From assembly GCA_934754475.1 (NCBI GenBank), contig CAKVHV010000002.1, forward strand, positions 951 through 64,950: a DNA stretch of 64,000 nt, given 5' to 3'. This DNA is from an uncultured Clostridia bacterium (lineage in GTDB: Bacteria; Bacillota; Clostridia; Christensenellales; UBA1242). Position 1 is the stretch's first letter, and each line of letters begins with the position of its first letter. The position numbers were made by a program, and so were the translations under genes. Under the pieces are notes generated by a model. It did not search any database. It was not told where the DNA came from and was given only the letters and a program-made list of their open reading frames with translations. This document shows, one piece after another, positions 58,207 through 64,000 of this stretch.

Positions 58207-58884
58207 ATGTTTTTAATCAAGAAAAATTGGTTTGATTTGCTCAAAAGCGAGTTTGAATCAAATTCATACAGAGAACTAGAAAATTGGCTAAACCACGAGT
58301 ATCAAACCAAGATAATATATCCCAAACCAGAAAATGTATTTAATGCACTTAATCTTGTTAAATATAATGATGTCAAGGTAGTTATTATTGGGCAAGACCC
58401 TTATCACAACCCAAACCAAGCACATGGGCTTTCGTTTTCGGTCGAAAATGATGTAGCAATTCCACCATCGCTTCAAAATATTTACAAGGAATTACATGAC
58501 GATTTGGGCTGTTATATTCCAAACAACGGAAATCTAACAAAATGGGCAAAGCAAGGAGTACTACTACTCAATAGCGTTTTGACAGTTGAGCAAAACAAAC
58601 CCAATAGTCACAAAAACAAAGGCTGGGAAAAAATAACTGGCAAAGTTGTCGAACTACTAAATCAAAGAACTGACCCCGTTGTATTTTTGCTTTGGGGTTC
58701 AAATGCAAAAGCGATTGGCAAAAATATAGATAGAAGCAAGCACTATGTTTTGGAAGCAGCACACCCAAGCCCTATGAGTGCAAATCAAGGTGGCTGGTTT
58801 GGTTGTCATCATTTTAGCAAGACGAATGAAATTCTCAAGAAACTTAACAAAACTCCAATTGATTGGCAAATTGAAAATATTTAA
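58207..58884 (+). CDS. ung: Uracil-DNA glycosylase, family 1
   Basis: GQDPYH and HPSPMSA motifs. AAGGAG RBS. Confidence 0.9.
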   Translation: MFLIKKNWFDLLKSEFESNSYRELENWLNHEYQTKIIYPKPENVFNALNLVKYNDVKVVIIGQDPYHNPNQAHGLSFSVENDVAIPPSLQNIYKELHDDLGCYIPNNGNLTKWAKQGVLLLNSVLTVEQNKPNSHKNKGWEKITGKVVELLNQRTDPVVFLLWGSNAKAIGKNIDRSKHYVLEAAHPSPMSANQGGWFGCHHFSKTNEILKKLNKTPIDWQIENI

Positions 58885-59007
58885 AAACAAAAATGCACTA
58901 AGTTAAAAAAATATTTTAAACAAACTTAGTACATTTTTTTTGATGTATATTTACTTTAATAAATTTTTGTAGTAAAATATATATGTAAAAAGTTTTAGGA
59001 AAGCGAT

Positions 59008-59592
59008 ATGAGCAGATTATTAAATACATTCACCGAAATATTTTTGCCACTTATAATACTAGCGATTGGGATAGTATTATCTTTTGTTTTGTACAAACAC
59101 TTACAAAAAAAATTTAGTAAACCCATAAACCCCACACTTCAAAGAAATTCTACCCCACAAGTTAAACTGAAAGAAACATACTGCACCGAAAAAGAAATGG
59201 TATTTTTGAATGCTCTACACAAAGCACTTCCAAGAGACTGTATCGCTTTCCCAAATGTAGGAGTATCCAAATTAATCGAACCAAAAGGCAATTTAGTTGA
59301 TTACAAGTCAGTACTTGACAAGTATGTTGACGTCTGTGTATTTTTAAGAAAAGGAATGAAACCAATTTTAGTCATTGACTTGTACGAACCAAGTCCAGTA
59401 GCACAACAACTCAAAAAATTTGATGATAATGTACTCGCTGTATTAAATGAAGTTAAAGTCCCAGTAATGCACAAACAAATTGAAAGCGAATACAATGTTG
59501 AAGAATTAAAAGTTGAAGTTTTGAAGAAAATGAGCAATACAACAGTCGCCTATCTAAAAGACAAAATACTAAGCGAAGTGAACAAAAAGTAG
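59008..59592 (+). CDS. DUF2726-like protein with N-terminal TM helix
   Basis: EKEMVFLNALHKAL..VSKLI..YVDVCVF..PILVIDL pattern resembles DUF2726 (from memory). Confidence 0.45.
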   Translation: MSRLLNTFTEIFLPLIILAIGIVLSFVLYKHLQKKFSKPINPTLQRNSTPQVKLKETYCTEKEMVFLNALHKALPRDCIAFPNVGVSKLIEPKGNLVDYKSVLDKYVDVCVFLRKGMKPILVIDLYEPSPVAQQLKKFDDNVLAVLNEVKVPVMHKQIESEYNVEELKVEVLKKMSNTTVAYLKDKILSEVNKK

Positions 59593-59677
59593 CAGTTTAT
59601 TGTCAGAAAACCAAAACTATATGTCAAAAAGCACAAGATTAACTCGTGCTTTTATATTTTTAAAAAACTAATATTTT

Positions 59678-61003
59678 TTATAATTTATTATACTTTTCAA
59701 TAATATCTTTCAAAGCATTAATTATTATTTCATTTTCAATATCGCTTTGACTTTCCACATACAATCTTATCATAGGCTCAGTTCCACTTGGCCTAACAAC
59801 AATTCTGCAATATGGATATAATTTAGAAACTTTTTTTATTTCTAATTTTATACTTAAATTATCGTCCCAATTTTTGCGTAAATCTTTGGATACTTCCACA
59901 TTACAAAGTAGACTAGGATACTTAACTAGTTTAGACAAAATTTGCTTTACATCAATTTTATTTTCAGTAATAACTTTCAAAAAGTACAGACTATTAAACA
60001 ATGCATCACATGTGGTGTTATGCTCATATATACAGATGTGACCAGAAGGTTCACCGCCGATTGAATAGTGATTTTGGCTAAGGCAATTAATTACATTTTT
60101 GTCCCCAACATCACATCTAACAAGACTAATATCCAACTTTTTCAAACTTTCTTCTAAGCCCTTGTTTGTCATAATTGTTCCAACAATAGTCAGCCCATTT
60201 AGTTTATTTTTTTGTTTTAAGTAATTTGCTAAAATAAATAAAATATCGTCGCCATCCAAAATTTTGCCATCACTAAGCACAACTCTAAGTCTATCCCCGT
60301 CTCCGTCAAATGCTATTCCAAAATCAGTCGAATGACAGAGAACTTCTTTTTGCAATCTTTCTATATGATTTGCACCACAATCATTATTTATATTTTTTCC
60401 GTCATTATTACAAGCGACTTTAATAATATTTGCACCTAAAGTATTATAAATTTTTGGAGCAATAGAATAATTAGAACCATTTGCACAATCAAGAGCAATA
60501 CTTAAATCTTTTAAATTACAATTGCACTCGCTTAACAAATAGTCTTTGTAAATATTTGAAATTTGAAAATTGAAAATAATTTTTCCTTTGCTCGCACTTG
60601 GTCGAAGTTTCTTTTTGTAATACTCTTCGACTTCTTTTTCGCCTTCCATACTTAGTTTTCTTCCGATTTTATCAAATAGTTTGAGTCCATTGTATGTAAA
60701 ATCATTATGCGATGCAGTTATCATTACCCCACCGCCAATATTCATTTTTGTAAGCAAAAAAGAAATTGTAGGAGTGGATACTATTCCTACAAATATTACA
60801 TCTATTCCATAATCACTAAGCCCCGATGAAAGTGCTGAAAAATACGTATCTCCGCTAATTCTGGTATCTTTTCCAACAATAACTTTTTTGGGCAAGTTGT
60901 GTTTTTCTATGTAAACTGCATATGCTTTGCCAACATTGTATGCAAGTTTTGAATCAATTGATATGTCAACAATTCCCCTAATTCCATCTGTTCCAAAAAT
61001 CAT
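59678..61003 (-). CDS. glmM: Phosphoglucosamine mutase
   Basis: MIFGTDGIRG, TASHN (phosphoserine loop), FDGDGDR and GGEPSGH. Confidence 0.85.
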   Translation of the reverse strand: MIFGTDGIRGIVDISIDSKLAYNVGKAYAVYIEKHNLPKKVIVGKDTRISGDTYFSALSSGLSDYGIDVIFVGIVSTPTISFLLTKMNIGGGVMITASHNDFTYNGLKLFDKIGRKLSMEGEKEVEEYYKKKLRPSASKGKIIFNFQISNIYKDYLLSECNCNLKDLSIALDCANGSNYSIAPKIYNTLGANIIKVACNNDGKNINNDCGANHIERLQKEVLCHSTDFGIAFDGDGDRLRVVLSDGKILDGDDILFILANYLKQKNKLNGLTIVGTIMTNKGLEESLKKLDISLVRCDVGDKNVINCLSQNHYSIGGEPSGHICIYEHNTTCDALFNSLYFLKVITENKIDVKQILSKLVKYPSLLCNVEVSKDLRKNWDDNLSIKLEIKKVSKLYPYCRIVVRPSGTEPMIRLYVESQSDIENEIIINALKDIIEKYNKL

Positions 61004-61211
61004 ATTAAACCCCTTTAATATAATATGATTTGTTTTATTATTAAGTTAAAAGTTAAGTTTAGGAAGCATAAAAAATATTTATAATTTAAATTAATATGAA
61101 ACCAAAACAAAATAGTTCTCGTCATAATTAAAGTAATTATAAATATCTTAATTTATATTTAACAATCATTTATTTCAATTTATCAAAAACAATATTTTGC
61201 ACATAGAGTTA

Positions 61212-62075
61212 TTATTTTTGGGATAAATACTTAATTGCTTCGGTCGATGCAATTGCACCATCGCTACATGCTGTTACAATTTGACGCAAAGACTTTTTTC
61301 GAATATCTCCAGCGACAAAAACGTTTGCAATATTTGTATGCATGTTTTCGTCTGTAACCAAAAATCCAGAATCATTATTTATACTATCTTTGTACAAATC
61401 TATATTTGTAGTCTTTCCTAAATCGACAAAGATTCCATCACAATCGATGACTTTTTCGCTAATACCAATCATAGCCTTAATACCTTTAACTTTTGTATCG
61501 CCAATTATTTCGATTGGCAAAACATTATGATAACATTCAACTTCGTCAAAATCAAAGCCATTAGACATATCCATTACAACTATGTCACTAGTTAAATTTT
61601 TAAGATACTTAACCGAATTTATGGCAGAGTTGTTTTTTGTAAAAACTATTATTCTTTTGTTTTTATACAAATTACCATCACACACAGCACAATAACTAAG
61701 TCCATGCAACTTAAATTTTTCTTCAGTTTCCAAATTTAAACGTTTATAAGTTGAACCAGAAGCAATTATTAATGTTTTGTATTCAATTGAGTTATTGCCA
61801 GTATGAATGATGTTTTTGTCAAAATCTATGCTATTTATGTGTACAAAATCAAACTTAACGTCAAAATTCAAACATTGTTCATACATTTTGGAAACCAACT
61901 CAAAACCTGAAATATTAGTAAATCCTGGATAATTATCAATATTAGGTAGTGTCGCTGTAGTTCCACCGATATTATTATCTTCGATAATTAAAACAGATTT
62001 GTTTGCTCTTCCGGCATAAATTCCCGCAGTTAATCCCGCAACACCACTGCCAATAATTACAATATCATATAGCAT
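61212..62075 (-). CDS. Thioredoxin-reductase-like flavoprotein with a CAVC redox centre but no NADPH-binding motifs
   Basis: FAD motif IIGSGVAGLTAG, redox-active CAVCDG, C-terminal FVAGD. The positions of GGGNSA and HRRxxxR read FTKNNSA and DMSNGFD. Confidence 0.7.
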   Translation of the reverse strand: MLYDIVIIGSGVAGLTAGIYAGRANKSVLIIEDNNIGGTTATLPNIDNYPGFTNISGFELVSKMYEQCLNFDVKFDFVHINSIDFDKNIIHTGNNSIEYKTLIIASGSTYKRLNLETEEKFKLHGLSYCAVCDGNLYKNKRIIVFTKNNSAINSVKYLKNLTSDIVVMDMSNGFDFDEVECYHNVLPIEIIGDTKVKGIKAMIGISEKVIDCDGIFVDLGKTTNIDLYKDSINNDSGFLVTDENMHTNIANVFVAGDIRKKSLRQIVTACSDGAIASTEAIKYLSQK

Positions 62076-62253
62076 TTTTGTTTTCTCCTTAATTGCCTAT
62101 TTTATAAGATTTTTTGTATTTTGCATAGTACTTATGCATAGTAGTAATAAATAGACTTGATTTAAAATTTATTATACATTGCAAATAAAATCTAGGAAGT
62201 TGAGAGTAACACAAGTGTTTTAAATTTGTATTACCGAAACGACGACGTTTTCA

Positions 62254-62337
62254 ATCTATGTGACCACGATTTCATCGTGGCATTTGCGATAGCAAATTGG
62301 TTTGTGAATGTAATGAACAAAGCAACTTTACATGGAT
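62254..62337 (+). ncRNA. Candidate structured RNA module, family C type B
   Basis: Closing stem atctatgt/acatggat with a U.G pair at 62257/62334. Hairpins as in 20084-20166. Confidence 0.45.
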
Positions 62338-62407
62338 TATAATAATCTAAGAAGATTAAACAAAGTCGTCCGCTAGGACACCTTGATTTAATCTGACGAC
62401 GATTTCA

Positions 62408-62490
62408 ATCTATGTGACCACGATTTTATCGTGGGTTTGCGATAGCAAATTGGTTTGTGAATGCAATGAACAAACCAATATCACATAGAT
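62408..62490 (+). ncRNA. Candidate structured RNA module, family C type B
   Basis: Perfect closing stem and a perfect fourth hairpin, TTGGTTTGT/ACAAACCAA. Confidence 0.45.
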
Positions 62491-62561
62491 TATAACAGAT
62501 TTTATTAATATAAGCAAAAAAAGTTGAACCTAAAAATTCAACTTTTTTTAAAAACAAATAA

Positions 62562-63065
62562 TTAAACTAATTCAATAATTGCCAATTCAGCATTGTCACC
62601 ATTTCTAGTTCCAAGCTTCAAAATTCTAGTATATCCACCGCCAGTGCCAAGTGTTTCTTTTCTCTTAGCATACTTAGGAGCATATACATTAAATATTTTT
62701 TCGATTAGTGGATGCTTAATATCTTCAGTACGTTTAACAAAGTCAGCTTTTGATTCTTTGTCAGCTCTAACTTCTTGGATGTCATACAATTTGCTCATCA
62801 TATCACGTCTAGCAGCTAGTTTCTTAGTACCATCGTTGATAACTTCTCTTTGAGTTTTAACACCTTTTGCATCTACAGTAGTTTTTGTAGTTTTAACTAC
62901 GTCTTCATATGTATTGATTGCTTTTGTCAAAATTTTTTCAGCATAAGCTCTAACTTCTTTTGCTTTTTCAAGAGTTGTCTCGATTTTTCCGTACCAAAGA
63001 AGATTTGTAGCAAGACTACGCATTACAGCCATTCTTTCGTCTGTAGGTCTATTTAATTTTCTCAT
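62562..63065 (-). CDS. rplQ: 50S ribosomal protein L17 with internal expansion (167 aa)
   Basis: MRKLNRPTDERMAVMRSLATNLL..KIETTLEKAKE and GGGYTRILKLGTRNGDNAELAIIELV frame an extra ~45-50 aa. Confidence 0.9.
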   Translation of the reverse strand: MRKLNRPTDERMAVMRSLATNLLWYGKIETTLEKAKEVRAYAEKILTKAINTYEDVVKTTKTTVDAKGVKTQREVINDGTKKLAARRDMMSKLYDIQEVRADKESKADFVKRTEDIKHPLIEKIFNVYAPKYAKRKETLGTGGGYTRILKLGTRNGDNAELAIIELV

Positions 63066-63085
63066 TATACAAATTCTCCCTTAAA

Positions 63086-64000
63086 TTATTCTTCGTCATT
63101 TCTTAGTGACAAACCAAAACTTTGTAGTTTTGCTGCAACTTCTTCCAAAGAGCGTTTGCCCAAGTTCTTAACTTTTGCCAAATCGCTTTCGGATTTCTTT
63201 GTCAAATCAGCAACAGTATTTATACCTGCTCTCTTTAGACAATTATAACTTCTTACAGACAAATCTATATCTTCAATTGTCATTTCCAATACTTTGGTTT
63301 GTTTATCTTCTTCACGACTAACAAGAATATCCATTTGTGACATGCTTTCAACCAAATCAACAAACAATCCAATATGGTCTTGAACAAGTTTTCCCGAAAG
63401 AGAAATAACTTCTCTAGCGGACAATGTTCCGTTTGTTTCAACTTCGATTGTTAGTTTGTCATAGTCAATGCTTTGACCAACACGAGTGTTTCCAACAAAG
63501 TAGTTTACTTTTTTGACAGGAGTGAAGATTGAGTCAACAGCAATATAACCAATTGGCATATCTTCTTTCTTGTTTGCGTCAGCAGGAACATAACCCCTAC
63601 CACGACCAATATAAACTTCAAGTTCGAATTTTGCACCGTCATCAAGTGTACAAATATGAAGGTCAGGATTTAAGATTTCAACCAAATCATTTGGCTCAAA
63701 ATCAGCAGCAGTAACTTCACCTGCACCATATTTGTTAATTCTCAAAATAGTTGTGAAATCTTTGGCAGTATCATAACTTTTTACAGCCAAATTTTTGATA
63801 TTAAGGACAATGTCAACAACATCCTCAGTAACACCTTTAATTGTAGAAAACTCGTGTTGAACACCATTAATCTTTATTCCAATTGGAGCTGCACCTGGAA
63901 GAGCAGACAAAAGTACTCTTCTTAGACAGTTTCCAAGTGTAATACCAAAACCCCTATCCAATGGTTCTACAACAAATCTTGCAAAACAGCCATTGTCAGT
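63086..64000 (-). CDS. rpoA: DNA-directed RNA polymerase alpha subunit, 5' end beyond the window
   Basis: ..FVVEPLDRGFGITLGNCLRRVLLS.. through the C-terminal domain SVRSYNCLKRAGINTV. The reading frame stays open to position 64000. Confidence 0.95.
   Translation of the reverse strand, partial: TDNGCFARFVVEPLDRGFGITLGNCLRRVLLSALPGAAPIGIKINGVQHEFSTIKGVTEDVVDIVLNIKNLAVKSYDTAKDFTTILRINKYGAGEVTAADFEPNDLVEILNPDLHICTLDDGAKFELEVYIGRGRGYVPADANKKEDMPIGYIAVDSIFTPVKKVNYFVGNTRVGQSIDYDKLTIEVETNGTLSAREVISLSGKLVQDHIGLFVDLVESMSQMDILVSREEDKQTKVLEMTIEDIDLSVRSYNCLKRAGINTVADLTKKSESDLAKVKNLGKRSLEEVAAKLQSFGLSLRNDEE

Larger units (their letters stand above)
62189..62497 (+). repeat. Array of two family C modules (type B)
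   Basis: Cores at 62254-62337 and 62408-62490. The second is preceded by the 40-nt leader hairpin (62354-62393) and CTGACGA. Confidence 0.9.

Overview
AT-rich chromosomal segment, by eye about one-third G+C or less, from an endospore-forming Firmicute (Clostridia-like: spoIVA, spoIIP, ylmC/ymxH-like and spoVB-like genes). It is mostly housekeeping: der-plsY, nrdR, an Rrf2-cysteine desulfurase-IscU operon, gltX, truA, pyruvate:ferredoxin oxidoreductase, transketolase, glmM, ung, rplQ-rpoA and nine tRNAs. There is also an accessory block (2.6-9.5 kb) with immunity-like, ASCH, UDG-like, GNAT and ABC genes. No integrase, transposase, CRISPR array or recognisable defence system is visible. The unusual content is non-coding. 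(1) Every tRNA locus edge carries a small GC-rich insertion flanked by duplicated pieces of the adjacent tRNA. Three of these are copies of a ~190-nt multi-hairpin element behind both tRNA-Leu genes; they share a 44-nt motif, identical in two copies, while the surrounding stems covary. (2) An ~85-nt four-way-junction (cloverleaf-shaped) repeat family has six copies at three loci, with structure-preserving variation and strand-specific G.U pairs. (3) A G10 tract fills the spacer of a near-consensus promoter of an unknown 443-aa protein, making it a phase-variation candidate. Several proteins deviate from their families: an NADPH-motif-less TrxR-like enzyme, a shikimate-kinase-like protein without a P-loop, PlsY with a long charged tail, a split TSUP transporter, and a 1180-aa four-module surface protein. 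All protein calls rest on motifs read by eye and recalled from memory. No searches or folding programs were run.
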